A stretch of DNA of 64,000 bases from Candidatus Limnocylindrus sp. (GTDB lineage Bacteria > Chloroflexota > Limnocylindria > Limnocylindrales > Limnocylindraceae). Positions 37,298 to 48,090 of the stretch are shown one piece after another (the stretch's first letter is position 1; each line of letters opens with the position of its first letter). The notes below the pieces were generated by a model. That model ran no database searches. It was not told where the DNA came from and worked only from the letters and a program-made list of their open reading frames with translations. The stretch spans positions 313,976 through 377,975 of the forward strand of contig JBBAWM010000001.1 in the NCBI GenBank assembly GCA_040397175.1. The letters run 5' to 3'. The position numbers were made by a program, and so were the translations under genes.

Positions 37298-37362
37298 ACG
37301 CGCCGGCCTTAGGAGCCGGTGTCGGCAACGACGTGTGAGTTCGAGTCTCACCTCGCCCACCA
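37277..37362 (+). tRNA. tRNA-Leu (TAG)
   Basis: GGGCGAG/CTCGCCC acceptor stem, CCGGC-CTTAGGA-GCCGG arm, long variable arm GTCGGCAACGAC, CCA. Usual position upstream of tig. Confidence 0.96.
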
Positions 37363-37393
37363 GAACAAGGGTCGTCGGGTACCCTGTGCGCTC

Positions 37394-38758
37394 ATGGAAT
37401 TCACGACCACTCCTGCAGAGAAGAGCACCGTCCGACTCGAGGTCACCCTCGCGGTCGCAGACGTGGCCGCGGCAATTGCCCAGGCGGTCCGCCATGTTGC
37501 GGGCCACAGCCGCATCCCAGGCTTCCGCCCGGGGAAGGCACCGCGCTCCATCGTTGAGCGCTTTGCCGGCATCAATCGCATCCTCGACGAGGCGACCGAG
37601 ATCCTCATCGAGCGCGGCTATCGCGATGCAATCATGAAGTCCGACATCGTTCCACTCACCAGCCCGAAGATCGATGCGAAGCCGATCGTCGAAGGCGAGG
37701 TCTACACCTTTACCGCACTCATCCCTGTGCCGCCAGAGGTGAAGCTTGGCGACTATCGCGGCTACACCTTTGAGCCAACCTTTGAGGAGCCTGATGAGGC
37801 GAAGGTCGAAGCGGTCGTCACCGACCTGCGCGACAGCTACGCAACGCTCACCGCCGTCACCGATCGTGGCGCGGAGATGGGCGACTACGCGATCATCGCC
37901 TTCGATGGCTATCGCGTTGACAGCGGCCTAGCGATTGATGGCGCCTCGTCGGAGCGCATGCCGATCGTGATCGGATCTGACCGACTGATTCCAGGATTTG
38001 AGGCACAGCTCGTCGGCGCGAAGGTCGGCGATGCCACCACCGTTGAGGTGACCTTCCCTGAGGACTACCAAGAGGCGGCGCTGCAGGGCGTGCCGGCACG
38101 ATTCGATGTGGTCATCAACGATTTGCGCGCGCGTGTTCCACCGCCGTTCGATGATGCCTTCGCCGCGCAAGTCGCGAACGTCACCGATGTTGCTGGCCTA
38201 CGCGCCGAGATCCTGATGCGCCTCAAGGCGAGCGCCGTTGATCGCGGTCGCCACGAGTTCGCCGACAAGATCGTCGAGTTCGCCATGGAGGGCGCCACCG
38301 TTGAGATTCCCGATCCGCTGATTGAAGAGGAGATCGACGGACTGGTAGACGAGTTGGCGCGCGGCATCGCGCGACAAGGGCTCACCTTTGAGCAGTACTT
38401 GGGCGCCGCTGGCAAGAGCGTGGAAGAGATTCGCGCCGAGATGCGTGAGCGCGGCGAGCGCCGCGCGCGAACCCTCCTGGTGTTGAGTGCGGTCGCCGGC
38501 GCCGAAGGGATGGAGGTCCCCGAGGAGCTCATCGACGAAGAGGTGGAGCGTGCCCGTCCGCAAACCCAGGGGCAGCGTAAGCTCGAGGCCTACCTCTCGT
38601 CGGAGCGTGGGCGCCGAGCAATCCGTGCCTCACTCCGCCGCTCCCTGGTGGTGGAGCGGCTCGTCGACGAGTGGTTTGACGCTCACCCGAAGGCCTGGCC
38701 GACCTGGGCTCCTGAGCGCCCAGCGACGCCTACCGCCGCGAACGCTCCCGCCAAGTAA
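37394..38758 (+). CDS. tig: Trigger factor
   Basis: IPGFRPGKAP, LIPGFEAQLVG, VTFPEDY. Start at ATG 37394, after the tRNA. Confidence 0.96.
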   Translation: MEFTTTPAEKSTVRLEVTLAVADVAAAIAQAVRHVAGHSRIPGFRPGKAPRSIVERFAGINRILDEATEILIERGYRDAIMKSDIVPLTSPKIDAKPIVEGEVYTFTALIPVPPEVKLGDYRGYTFEPTFEEPDEAKVEAVVTDLRDSYATLTAVTDRGAEMGDYAIIAFDGYRVDSGLAIDGASSERMPIVIGSDRLIPGFEAQLVGAKVGDATTVEVTFPEDYQEAALQGVPARFDVVINDLRARVPPPFDDAFAAQVANVTDVAGLRAEILMRLKASAVDRGRHEFADKIVEFAMEGATVEIPDPLIEEEIDGLVDELARGIARQGLTFEQYLGAAGKSVEEIRAEMRERGERRARTLLVLSAVAGAEGMEVPEELIDEEVERARPQTQGQRKLEAYLSSERGRRAIRASLRRSLVVERLVDEWFDAHPKAWPTWAPERPATPTAANAPAK

Positions 38759-38803
38759 ACTCAGCCTCCCGCAGAGAGCGGGTGCACACGTAGGGGGTGA
38801 CCA

Positions 38804-39406
38804 GTGCTCGTACCAATGGTGATTGAGTCTTCCAGCAAGGGCGAACGCGCCTACGACATCTGGTCGCGCCTTCTTAAGGAGCGCATCATCTTCTTGGGCG
38901 GCCCTGTCGAAGACGACATTGCCAACCTGATCATTGCGCAGCTCCTCTTCCTTGATTCAGAGGATCCCGAGAAGGAGATCTCGCTCTACATCAACAGCCC
39001 AGGAGGTGTGATCACCTCCGGCCTCGCGATCTACGACACGATGCGCTACGTGCGCGCCCCCGTGAGCACGATCTGCACCGGCATCGCCATGTCGATGGGT
39101 GCGGTGCTCCTCGCCGCTGGTGCGCCAGGTCGACGCTTCGCCCTGCCGCACAGCCGAATCATGATCCATCAGGGCTCCGGCGGATTCCGTGGCAACACGC
39201 CCGACGTCTTCATTCAGGTGAAGGAGATGGAGCAGCTCGTGCGAACGACGCAAGAGATCCTCGCCGCCCACACGGGCCAGTCGATGGAGAAGGTCGTGAA
39301 AGATACGGACCGCGACCTCTTCCTCTCGCCAGAGCAGGCCGTGGAGTACGGCATCATCGACGAGGTGTACAAGCTCCCTGCCATCGTTCCGCCAAAGGGG
39401 AAGTGA
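38804..39406 (+). CDS. clpP: ATP-dependent Clp protease proteolytic subunit
   Basis: [40 protein letters not shown]. Confidence 0.97.
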   Translation: MLVPMVIESSSKGERAYDIWSRLLKERIIFLGGPVEDDIANLIIAQLLFLDSEDPEKEISLYINSPGGVITSGLAIYDTMRYVRAPVSTICTGIAMSMGAVLLAAGAPGRRFALPHSRIMIHQGSGGFRGNTPDVFIQVKEMEQLVRTTQEILAAHTGQSMEKVVKDTDRDLFLSPEQAVEYGIIDEVYKLPAIVPPKGK

Positions 39407-39416
39407 GGCGCGCCGC

Positions 39417-40775
39417 ATGAGCGGAGGAGCTGGTTCCGGAGAGTCGGGAGGCGGTAAGTCGCGCGGTCCACGGAGCGCGGGCACGGGATCATATCGCTGC
39501 TCCTTCTGCCGCAAGCCGCAGGAGCAGGTTCGCAAGCTGATCGCCGGTCAGGGTGTCTACATCTGCGACGAGTGCGTCGCCCTCTGCGCCGAGATTGCCA
39601 CTGAGCAGTCGCCATCCGCACCGCAGCGCACGTCGTTCGGTGGCGTCACGCCAACTCCGCGCATGATTCATGCCGCACTCAATGAACATGTCGTGAGCCA
39701 GGAGCGCGCGAAGCGCTCACTCGCCGTGGGAGTACATAACCATTACCAGCGCGTTGGCGCACCAAACGTGGCCGACGGAGTAGAGATCGCAAAGTCGAAC
39801 ATCCTGCTCGTCGGGCCGACCGGTTCCGGCAAGACCCTCCTGGCGCAGACGCTCGCCCGGTTCCTTGATGTGCCCTTCTGCATCGCCGATGCCACGAGCC
39901 TGACCGAGGCGGGCTACGTTGGCGAAGATGTCGAGAACATCCTGCTTCGCCTGATCCAGGCCGCTGATGGCGATATTGAGCGCGCGCAGCGCGGCATTAT
40001 CTATATCGACGAGATCGACAAGATCACCCGCAAGTCCGACAACCCGTCGATCACGCGCGACGTCTCGGGCGAAGGGGTGCAGCAGGCGCTGCTGAAGATC
40101 ATTGAGGGGACCGTCGCCAATGTGCCGCCCCAGGGTGGTCGCAAGCATCCGCACCAGGAGTACCTCCAGATCGACACGACGAACATCCTCTTCATCTGCG
40201 GCGGCGCATTTGAGGGGCTCGAGAAGATCGTTGCTGACCGCGTCGGGCGACGCGGCATCGGCTTCGGCTCCGATACGCCCGCAAGTAAAGATGAGCGCAC
40301 CCGTGTGCTGGAGCAGCTGATGCCCGACGACCTGCTCCGCTACGGACTCATCCCTGAATTCATCGGACGCCTGCCGATGATCGTTGCACTCGATCCGCTC
40401 ACCCTCGACGATCTCGTTGAGATCCTGGTCGCACCAAAGAACGCCCTGGTTAAGCAGTATCAGCGCCTCTTCCAGATGCACAGCGTCGACCTGCAGTTCA
40501 CTCCAGCCGCCCTTCATGCGGTTGCCGAGAAGGCTTTGCTCCGCAAGACCGGCGCCCGCGCTCTGCGTGCGGTGCTAGAAGATGCGCTCCTCGCCACCAT
40601 GTACGACCTGCCCGATCGTCCGGACGTACGTCGCTGTGTGGTGACAGAAGAGACGATTAGCGATGGCGCCGCACCACTCATGCTGACCGAACGCGAGATT
40701 GGCGCGAGTGAACCGGCGGCGCCGAGCCGACGCGTGCCGCGCACGCGCACGGCCGCCCCCCGCGCATCAGCGTGA
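39417..40775 (+). CDS. clpX: ATP-dependent Clp protease ATP-binding subunit ClpX
   Basis: CSFC..ICDEC zinc finger, [17 protein letters not shown] and IGF loops. Confidence 0.97.
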   Translation: MSGGAGSGESGGGKSRGPRSAGTGSYRCSFCRKPQEQVRKLIAGQGVYICDECVALCAEIATEQSPSAPQRTSFGGVTPTPRMIHAALNEHVVSQERAKRSLAVGVHNHYQRVGAPNVADGVEIAKSNILLVGPTGSGKTLLAQTLARFLDVPFCIADATSLTEAGYVGEDVENILLRLIQAADGDIERAQRGIIYIDEIDKITRKSDNPSITRDVSGEGVQQALLKIIEGTVANVPPQGGRKHPHQEYLQIDTTNILFICGGAFEGLEKIVADRVGRRGIGFGSDTPASKDERTRVLEQLMPDDLLRYGLIPEFIGRLPMIVALDPLTLDDLVEILVAPKNALVKQYQRLFQMHSVDLQFTPAALHAVAEKALLRKTGARALRAVLEDALLATMYDLPDRPDVRRCVVTEETISDGAAPLMLTEREIGASEPAAPSRRVPRTRTAAPRASA

Positions 40776-43471
40776 CGGCGGCGCGCGAGCTCGGCCCCTC
40801 GTATCGCGCCGCTGAGGTAGAGCGCAGCGTTGCAGCCCGCTGGGCGGCAACCGATTACGGCAGCCCCGACGGACGCGAGACGCGCGATGCCGAAGGGCGT
40901 GACTCCCTGCCGCCGTTCACGATCATCATGCCGCCGCCGAATGTCACTGGCGGCTTGCACGTGGGCCACGCACTCTTCGTGACGCTCGAAGACCTCATGG
41001 TGCGTCGTGCGCGCATGCAGGGTCGAGCCGCCCTCTGGCTCCCTGGTGTCGATCACGCCTCCATCGCCGCGCAGTACGTACTCGACCGCGTTGTTGAGAG
41101 GGAGGGGAGCAGCCGCGCCGATCTGGGCCGCGAGCGCTACCTCGAGCGCATGCACCGCTTCATGGACGAGACGCGGAACACCATCCTTGGCCAGTTCCAG
41201 CGCCTCGGCGCATCGGCTGACTGGGGTCGCACCCGCTTCACCATGGACGAGGTGTCGAGCCGCGCCGTGCGCACCGCCTTCGCCACCCTCTACGAACGCG
41301 GCCTTGCGTATCGCGGTGAGGCGCTCGTGAACTGGTGCCCAGGTTGCAAGACAAGTGTCTCTGACCTCGAGTCGGTCGCGACCGAGGAGCAGGGGAGCAT
41401 CTGGGAGATTCGCTACCCACTAGAGGGGGGCGAGGCCACGAGCGGTGTCGTTGTCGCGACAACTCGACCAGAGACGCTGCTTGGTGACACCGGCGTGGCT
41501 GTGCACCCCGACGATCCGCGCTACACCGCACTCGTTGGGAAGCGCGTAATGGTGCCGTTCGTGAACCGCGCCGTTCCCGTGGTCGCCGACGCCTTCGTCG
41601 AGATGAGCTTCGGCACGGGCGCCGTGAAGGTGACCCCAGCACACGACCCCAACGACCGCGAGGTGGGACTGCGCCACAACCTGCCCGCGCTAACCATCCT
41701 TGATGAGTCGGCGCGCATCGTTGCCGATGCCCCAGCCCCGTTTGCCGGGATGGATCGCTTCAAGGCGCGTAAGGCGATCGTCGCCGCGCTTGAAGAGCTT
41801 GGCCTGCTCGTTTCGGTAAAGCCACACACGGCGAATCCCGCGCGCTGCCAGCGCAGCAACGACATCTTGGAGCCACGCCTGCGCACGCAGTGGTTCATCC
41901 GCGCCAAGCCGCTCGCCGAGAAGGCGCTCGCCGCAACGCGCTCTGGTGCAACGCAGATTGTGCCCGCGCACTTTGAAAAGACCTGGGAGCACTGGCTCAC
42001 CGAGATTCGCGATTGGAACGTGAGTCGGCAACTCTGGTGGGGGCACCGGATTCCCGCCTGGTACTGCGCCGACGGACACATCACCGTGACCGATCGCGAA
42101 GAGGGTCCGGTCGGCTGCGGTACCTGCGGAGCAGAGGCAAACACCTTGCAGCAGGAGAGCGACATCTTTGACACCTGGTTCAGCAGCGGGCTCTGGCCAT
42201 TCAGCACCCTCGGCTGGCCCGACAAGACGCCAGACCTCGCGCGCTACTACCCGTCGCAGGTGATGGAGACCGGCCACGACATCCTCTTCTTCTGGGTTGC
42301 GCGCATGATGATGCTCGGCATTGAACTCATGGGCACGCCGCCGTTTGAAACCATCTACCTGCACGGCATGGTGCGAGACCCTGAGGGGCAGAAGATGTCG
42401 AAGACAAAGGGGAACGTTGTTGACCCACTTTCGGTGATCGACGAGATCGGCGCCGACGCACTGCGCTTCGCACTCGTCTCGGGCACTGCACCGGGCGCCG
42501 ACCAGCGCCTCTCGCCAGAGAAGCTAGAGAACGCGCGCAACTTCATGAACAAGCTCTGGAATGCCGCACGCTACGTGCTTGGCGCGCGACCTGTTGAGGC
42601 GACTGGTGAACGGCTCTCGACCGCCGATGCCCATGCGGCGGCAGGGGAGTTCGGCTCCTGGATGGCCACACGTCTCAGCGCCGCTGTGGATGACGTTGAT
42701 CGCGCGCTCGGGCAGTACGGTTTCTCCGAAGCGTCGCAGCGCATCTACGACGCGATCTGGGCGGAGTACTGTGATCAAGCGATTGAGGTTGCCAAGGTGA
42801 CGCTCGCCGACGAGGCGCGTCCAGCCGCCGAACGCACCGCTGTTTGGTGGACGCTCGTTGACGCGCTCGATGATCTCTTGCGCCTGTTGCACCCGATTGC
42901 CCCGTTTATCACCGAAGGGATCTGGGAGGCGCTCCCGCACCGTGCGAGCGATCCTGGGCTCTTGGCGACGGCGGCTTGGCCGGCGCGACACGCGACGGCG
43001 AGCAGCTCAACAAGCAGCATTGATCAGTGGCTCGATCTTGTGCGCGAAGTGCGCGCAGCGCGAACCACCGCAAAGCTCCCCGCTGGTGCGTGGATTCCAC
43101 TTGTTGTTGCTGCGCCGCCACAACTCGCCAAATCGGGCGAAGGGCTGCGCTCCGCCATTGAGCGACTGGCGCGCGTGCGCCCACTCACGATCCAGTCTGC
43201 ACTCCCAACCGAGGGTGAAGGTCTCCTCGTTGTGGCGGGCACACTCACGGCGCGACTCGAGCCGCCACAGGCCGATGCCGCGACGCATGAAGCCGATCGC
43301 GCCCGATGCGAACGCGACCTTGCGGCAGCCCAGGCGCAACTTGCCGCCGCGGAGGCTCGCCTCGCCGACCCGTCGTTTACTGGGAAGGCGCCGGCCGCTG
43401 TGGTCGCAGGAGCGGAGCGCCGCGTTGCCGAGCTGCGCGATGAGATCGCACGACTCGAGCGAGGTTCGTAA
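40772..43471 (+). CDS. valS: Valine--tRNA ligase
   Basis: [33 protein letters not shown]-terminal coiled coil. Confidence 0.97.
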   Translation: MTAARELGPSYRAAEVERSVAARWAATDYGSPDGRETRDAEGRDSLPPFTIIMPPPNVTGGLHVGHALFVTLEDLMVRRARMQGRAALWLPGVDHASIAAQYVLDRVVEREGSSRADLGRERYLERMHRFMDETRNTILGQFQRLGASADWGRTRFTMDEVSSRAVRTAFATLYERGLAYRGEALVNWCPGCKTSVSDLESVATEEQGSIWEIRYPLEGGEATSGVVVATTRPETLLGDTGVAVHPDDPRYTALVGKRVMVPFVNRAVPVVADAFVEMSFGTGAVKVTPAHDPNDREVGLRHNLPALTILDESARIVADAPAPFAGMDRFKARKAIVAALEELGLLVSVKPHTANPARCQRSNDILEPRLRTQWFIRAKPLAEKALAATRSGATQIVPAHFEKTWEHWLTEIRDWNVSRQLWWGHRIPAWYCADGHITVTDREEGPVGCGTCGAEANTLQQESDIFDTWFSSGLWPFSTLGWPDKTPDLARYYPSQVMETGHDILFFWVARMMMLGIELMGTPPFETIYLHGMVRDPEGQKMSKTKGNVVDPLSVIDEIGADALRFALVSGTAPGADQRLSPEKLENARNFMNKLWNAARYVLGARPVEATGERLSTADAHAAAGEFGSWMATRLSAAVDDVDRALGQYGFSEASQRIYDAIWAEYCDQAIEVAKVTLADEARPAAERTAVWWTLVDALDDLLRLLHPIAPFITEGIWEALPHRASDPGLLATAAWPARHATASSSTSSIDQWLDLVREVRAARTTAKLPAGAWIPLVVAAPPQLAKSGEGLRSAIERLARVRPLTIQSALPTEGEGLLVVAGTLTARLEPPQADAATHEADRARCERDLAAAQAQLAAAEARLADPSFTGKAPAAVVAGAERRVAELRDEIARLERGS

Positions 43472-43716
43472 TGCCCTTCTACGACTATCTCTGCGCAAAG
43501 TGCGGCGCCACCGTTGAGGTGCTGCACGGCATCGACGAGCAGCAGGCTCGGACCCACGAAGATTGTGGTGGGTCGCTCGAACGACAATTCTCTGCGGCGA
43601 GCGTGCACTTCAAGGGGAGCGGCTGGGCCAAACTTGATCGCCGCAGCGGTGGCTCGGGCGCCTCGGATGCGCCTGCGAGCGCGCCAGCCCCGGCCCCAAA
43701 GAGCGACGCGAAGTAG
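43471..43716 (+). CDS. FmdB-family zinc ribbon protein
   Basis: [12 protein letters not shown]...HEDCGG...FKGSGW. TAATG overlap with valS. Confidence 0.85.
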   Translation: MPFYDYLCAKCGATVEVLHGIDEQQARTHEDCGGSLERQFSAASVHFKGSGWAKLDRRSGGSGASDAPASAPAPAPKSDAK

Positions 43717-43748
43717 GCGATCTCCCTGATCGGGTAGGCTTCCACGCA

Positions 43749-45182
43749 ATGAGCATCAACGCCGACTCCTCGAAGACCCTCGCTGGAACCCCAGCTGCTG
43801 ACGCGACCCCCGCAGTCTCCGAGCTCGACACCATCGTCTCGTTGGCAAAGCGCCGCGGCTTTGTCTACCCGAGCTCCGAGATCTACGGCGGCATCAACGC
43901 GGTGTGGGATTACGGCCCCCTCGGCGTAGAGCTGAAGAATAATGTGAAGCGCGCCTGGTGGCGCAGCGTGGTGCAGCAGCGCCACGAAGTGGTCGGACTC
44001 GACGCCGGCATCCTGATGCACCCGCAGGTCTGGAAGACTTCGGGCCACGTCGGCTCCTTCAGCGATCCACTCGTTGAGTGCACCGCCTGCAAGCGACGCT
44101 ACCGTCTCGACGAACTCCCGGGCACGGGCGACCTCACCACCACGCAGCTCGCCGATGCCGAGATCGTTGCGAAGATGGGCCTGAAGTGCCCTGACTGCGA
44201 AGGGGCACTCACCGCGCCGCGCCGATTCAACCTGATGTTCAAGACGTTCATGGGCCCGGTCGAAGAGGATGCCTCAGTCATCTACCTTCGCCCCGAGACG
44301 GCGCAGGGCGCCTATGTGCAGCACAAGAACGTGCGCGATTCGTCGCGAAAGAAGATCCCGTTCGGCATCGCACAGATCGGCAAGTCGTTCCGCAATGAGA
44401 TCAGCCCTGGAAACTTCGTCTTCCGCATGCGCGAGTTTGAGCAGATGGAGCTGCAGATGTTCGTGCGCCCAGACGAGGCCGCCACTGCTGCGTTCGAGGA
44501 GTGGCTGCCGCGACGACTGGAGTGGTACAAGTCGTACGGCGTTTCGCCAGAGCGACTCCGCATGCGCGAGCATGCTCCTGACGAGTTGGCCCACTACGCC
44601 AAGCGCGCCATTGACGTGGAGTACCGCTTCCCATTCGGCTGGAAGGAGCTCGAGGGGATTCACAACCGTGGTGACTTCGACCTCTCGCGCCACGCCGCTG
44701 AGAGCGGCGAGAGCCTCGACTACTTTGACCCTGCGACCGAGACCTCATTCACCCCATGGGTGGTTGAGGCCGCCGCTGGTGCAGATCGCGCCGCCTTCAC
44801 CTTCCTGATCGACGCCTACCGCGAGGAGGTGGTGCGCGACGAGAAGCGCGTCGTCCTCTCGCTGCATCCAGAGTTGGCGCCGTACAAGGTGGCGGTCCTG
44901 CCGCTCCTCAAGAAGCGCGACGACCTTGTGGAGATGGCGCACCGCATTCGCGACGGCCTCTCACGCGAGTTCACCGCCGTCTACGACGACACCGCCGCAA
45001 TCGGCAAGCTCTATCGCCGGCAGGATGAGATCGGCACGCCGTGGTGCATCTGCGTCGACGTGGACTCCATGGATGACAACGCTGTCACCGTGCGCGATCG
45101 CGACACCATGGAGCAGGAGCGCGTCAGCGCTGATCGTCTGGAGGAGTTCTTCCTCGCGAAGTTGCGCGCCTCGCGCCCTTAG
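43749..45182 (+). CDS. glyQS: Glycine--tRNA ligase, alpha2 homodimeric type
   Basis: KRRGFVYPSSEIYGG, LRPETAQG, GKSFRNEI, IGKLYRRQDEIGTP. Confidence 0.96.
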   Translation: MSINADSSKTLAGTPAADATPAVSELDTIVSLAKRRGFVYPSSEIYGGINAVWDYGPLGVELKNNVKRAWWRSVVQQRHEVVGLDAGILMHPQVWKTSGHVGSFSDPLVECTACKRRYRLDELPGTGDLTTTQLADAEIVAKMGLKCPDCEGALTAPRRFNLMFKTFMGPVEEDASVIYLRPETAQGAYVQHKNVRDSSRKKIPFGIAQIGKSFRNEISPGNFVFRMREFEQMELQMFVRPDEAATAAFEEWLPRRLEWYKSYGVSPERLRMREHAPDELAHYAKRAIDVEYRFPFGWKELEGIHNRGDFDLSRHAAESGESLDYFDPATETSFTPWVVEAAAGADRAAFTFLIDAYREEVVRDEKRVVLSLHPELAPYKVAVLPLLKKRDDLVEMAHRIRDGLSREFTAVYDDTAAIGKLYRRQDEIGTPWCICVDVDSMDDNAVTVRDRDTMEQERVSADRLEEFFLAKLRASRP

Positions 45183-45994
45183 GCTTCGGTCGCGCCTGTC
45201 GGCTGCTTGCCAGCTGGCCAGTAGAGCTCCTTATGGATCGCCCCCTCAGGAAGGCCGTAGGCTGAGAGTTCGCGCTCGGCTGCGACGATCATCTCGGGAT
45301 TCCCGCAGAGGTAGGCGATCGCCTCGTTCGCATTAACACCGAGATCTCGCAGCGCTGACTGAATGATGCTCTCGACGCGACCGGTGCGGCCCGTCCAGCC
45401 GGCATTGAGTGGATCAGTCGGTCGTGAAATGGTTGGAACGTAGGTGGCTGGATAGGCGCCACTCTTCTCCCACCCCTCAATCAGATCGCGGTAGCCAATG
45501 TCGCTGACGTAGCTCACACCATTTAGGTAGATCGCACGGCGTGGGGCACCATCGTCGGCGAGGGTGCGCGCCATGCTGACAAACGGTGCGATCCCCGTGC
45601 CCGACGAGACGTAGATCTGCACGCGCGAATCGGCGGGCTCCATCGTGAACTTCCCCTTTGGGGCGAGCACGCGCAGTCGGTGGCCAACCGGCAGTGAGAA
45701 GACGAGCGGCGTAAACGCTCCGCCACGGACGAGTCGGAGGTACAGCTCATAGCCGCCATCGAGGGCGCGCGCCGAGGAGGCTACGGAGTAGGGGCGCTGC
45801 ACAAACTTCTCGCCGACCTTCACGCCGATCGTCACGTACTGACCAGGTTCGAATGGGGTCGGTACGCCGTCGGGCTTGATCCAAACACGTGCGAGCGTGT
45901 CGGTGTCGTCGATGCGTGCCGCGAGGGTCGCGTTATAGGCGGGGTCGTCGGCAAGGATGCCGAACGAGGCGGGGGTAGCTGCCGTCTCTGCCAT
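45179..45994 (-). CDS. Ferredoxin/flavodoxin--NADP+ reductase family protein
   Basis: FEPGQY, RPYSVAS, SGTGIAPF, YLCGNPEM, ELYW. SD GAGGAGG. Confidence 0.9.
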   Translation of the reverse strand: MAETAATPASFGILADDPAYNATLAARIDDTDTLARVWIKPDGVPTPFEPGQYVTIGVKVGEKFVQRPYSVASSARALDGGYELYLRLVRGGAFTPLVFSLPVGHRLRVLAPKGKFTMEPADSRVQIYVSSGTGIAPFVSMARTLADDGAPRRAIYLNGVSYVSDIGYRDLIEGWEKSGAYPATYVPTISRPTDPLNAGWTGRTGRVESIIQSALRDLGVNANEAIAYLCGNPEMIVAAERELSAYGLPEGAIHKELYWPAGKQPTGATEA

Positions 45995-46176
45995 TGGGCC
46001 TCCTCACGGTTAGTGCGACCCTGAGCGTCGCCGTTGCAGGGGAGTGTAGGGGAGGGGGGGCGCGGGCGCCTTGGCCGAAGGGAGGTGTCGGCTGCTATTC
46101 TGCGCCCAACTGCGCTTGACACTCACGGGCAACTGCTTTGCCCGATCACGGAATTACGAAGGAGGTCTCCCTACCG

Positions 46177-48090
46177 ATGGCTTCCGGAAGCGTCGCTGAG
46201 ATCAAGAGCCGACTCGCCGTCGCCGACGTCGTTGGCGAGACCGTCGCGCTGCGTAAAGCGGGCGCCGCGTTTAAGGGCCTCTGCCCATTCCACGGCGAGA
46301 AGACCCCCTCGTTCGTTGTGACACCTGCCCGCGAAACCTGGAAGTGCTTCGGCTGCGGCAAGGGGGGAGACATCTTCACCTTCGTCATGGAGCGTGACAG
46401 CCTCCCGTTCGGTGAGGCACTCACCCTCCTCGCCGCCAAGGCGGGCGTCACGATTGACGATCGAAGTCGCGCCGAAGATGCGCGCAAGGTGCGCCTCCGC
46501 GATGTCCTTGAAGGGGCGGTGAGCTTCTATCACGCCATCCTTACCTCACACGAGCTCGGTCGCCCCGCACTCGACTACCTGCACTCGCGCGGATTCACCG
46601 ATGAGACCATCGAGGCGCAGCGACTCGGCTGGTCACCCGATTCATGGGACGCCTGCTCCAAGGCGCTCGCCGCAAAGCGTGGCGCAACACCCGCTGAGCT
46701 TGCCGCTGTCGGTCTCACCACCGAACGCGATGGTGGCCGTGGTGCCTATGACCGCTTCCGCGCACGTGTGATCTTTCCGATCCGCGATGCGAACGGCAAG
46801 ATTACCGGACTCGGTGGCCGCCTTCTCCCCGATGACGACAAGCGCGGCGATCGCGGCCCAAAGTATTTGAACAGCGCAGCAACAGAACTCTTCGACAAGT
46901 CGCGCACCCTCTATCTCATTGACAAGGCGAAGCCGGCGATGCGTAAATCCGGCACTGGGGTACTGGTTGAGGGATACACCGACGCACTGATGGCGCATCA
47001 GTCTGGGTTCACCAATGTCGTCGCCAGCATGGGAACCGCACTCACCCCCGCCCAGGTCGCGCTGCTCTTGCGCTACGGATCGAAGATCCTCTTGGCGTAT
47101 GACGTTGACGCGGCGGGTGCAAAGGCGGGCGCATTTGGTGCCACGGAGCTGTTGCGCCTCGTCACTGAGCTCGGTAGCGCCGATGGCGGGCCGTCACTCG
47201 TTGACGTGGGGATTGTGCGCCTCCCTGACGGGAAAGACCCCGATGAGGTCGTTCGCGATCAACCGGAGATTTGGCGCACCTCAACGGAGCAGCCGATTCC
47301 AGTGGTGGAGTACCTCATTGATACGCACGCCCAGGCGCACGACTTGAAGGATCTCGGTGGCCGCAAGCGTGCCATTGACGGCATCAAGCCGATCCTGCGC
47401 AGCCTCCGCGACCCGATCGTCCGCGACGGATATATCTCTGCCGCTGCACGACGCATCGGCGTAGACGAGAACTCGATTCGCGAAGCGATGATCCAGCGCG
47501 GCGCTGAGTCGGCTGGCGCAGAGAGTCGTATCTCCGCGGATCGCGTGCGAGCCGCCGATGCGGACGGCGACATCGATTCCATCCTTTCCGGGGTTACCTC
47601 CCCCGAGGCGGAACTGCTTCGCCTCCTTATTGCGGCGCCGGCCGAGCGGCTCCGCGTGCGTGACGTTCTCGTTGACCAGCTCTTTACGAGTGGGCTGGCG
47701 CGCTCACTTTGGCGCGGACTCCGGGCGGCACTCGACGGTGCGCTGGAGGCGGGGGCGACCGTTGATGCCCTGGAGCGCCTACCCAGTACGATTGAGGGCG
47801 AAGAGCGCCGACTGGCGCAGGCACTCTCCGTGCGTCTTGGGGCCACCGTTGAGCTTGCGCGGATACGGATTGGCATTGATCAGACCATTCTGCGGCTAGA
47901 GGCCGATCGTCTCGAGGAGGCGATGGCCTGGTCGCGTAGTGAGATTGCCGAGGCGGAGCGAGAGGGTGATGCCGTTCGCGTTCGAACCCTCATGGAGGCT
48001 GAACGAGATCTAGGACAAAAGCGAAAGGCGCTCGACCGACGCTTCTTGGCGTCGGGAGTGCTCACAGCGGCAAAGGGGGGGAGCAAGTGA
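46177..48090 (+). CDS. dnaG: DNA primase
   Basis: [49 protein letters not shown]. Confidence 0.96.
   Translation: MASGSVAEIKSRLAVADVVGETVALRKAGAAFKGLCPFHGEKTPSFVVTPARETWKCFGCGKGGDIFTFVMERDSLPFGEALTLLAAKAGVTIDDRSRAEDARKVRLRDVLEGAVSFYHAILTSHELGRPALDYLHSRGFTDETIEAQRLGWSPDSWDACSKALAAKRGATPAELAAVGLTTERDGGRGAYDRFRARVIFPIRDANGKITGLGGRLLPDDDKRGDRGPKYLNSAATELFDKSRTLYLIDKAKPAMRKSGTGVLVEGYTDALMAHQSGFTNVVASMGTALTPAQVALLLRYGSKILLAYDVDAAGAKAGAFGATELLRLVTELGSADGGPSLVDVGIVRLPDGKDPDEVVRDQPEIWRTSTEQPIPVVEYLIDTHAQAHDLKDLGGRKRAIDGIKPILRSLRDPIVRDGYISAAARRIGVDENSIREAMIQRGAESAGAESRISADRVRAADADGDIDSILSGVTSPEAELLRLLIAAPAERLRVRDVLVDQLFTSGLARSLWRGLRAALDGALEAGATVDALERLPSTIEGEERRLAQALSVRLGATVELARIRIGIDQTILRLEADRLEEAMAWSRSEIAEAEREGDAVRVRTLMEAERDLGQKRKALDRRFLASGVLTAAKGGSK

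Noticed and set aside
35379-37328. 649-aa minus-strand ORF, and many other long overlapping ORFs (for example 29963-31231, 33995-34939, 4884-5843, 12991-14019)
   Set aside because: They are antisense or alternate-frame shadows of well-supported genes, with Arg/Ala/Ser/Pro-rich composition and no motifs. This is expected from stop-codon scarcity at high GC.
37319-37393. N-terminal extension of trigger factor, and similar extensions of mrp, sucC, the aminotransferase, the mutase and mraZ in the ORF track
   Set aside because: The extensions run into tRNA, promoter or upstream-gene sequence. Downstream starts match family N-termini and have SD or -10 support.
46090-46176. Hairpin CGGGCAA-CTGCT-TTGCCCG and a TTGACA in the dnaG leader as a regulatory RNA
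   Set aside because: It is a single short stem with no recognisable family, and the TTGACA has no correctly spaced -10. Evidence is insufficient.
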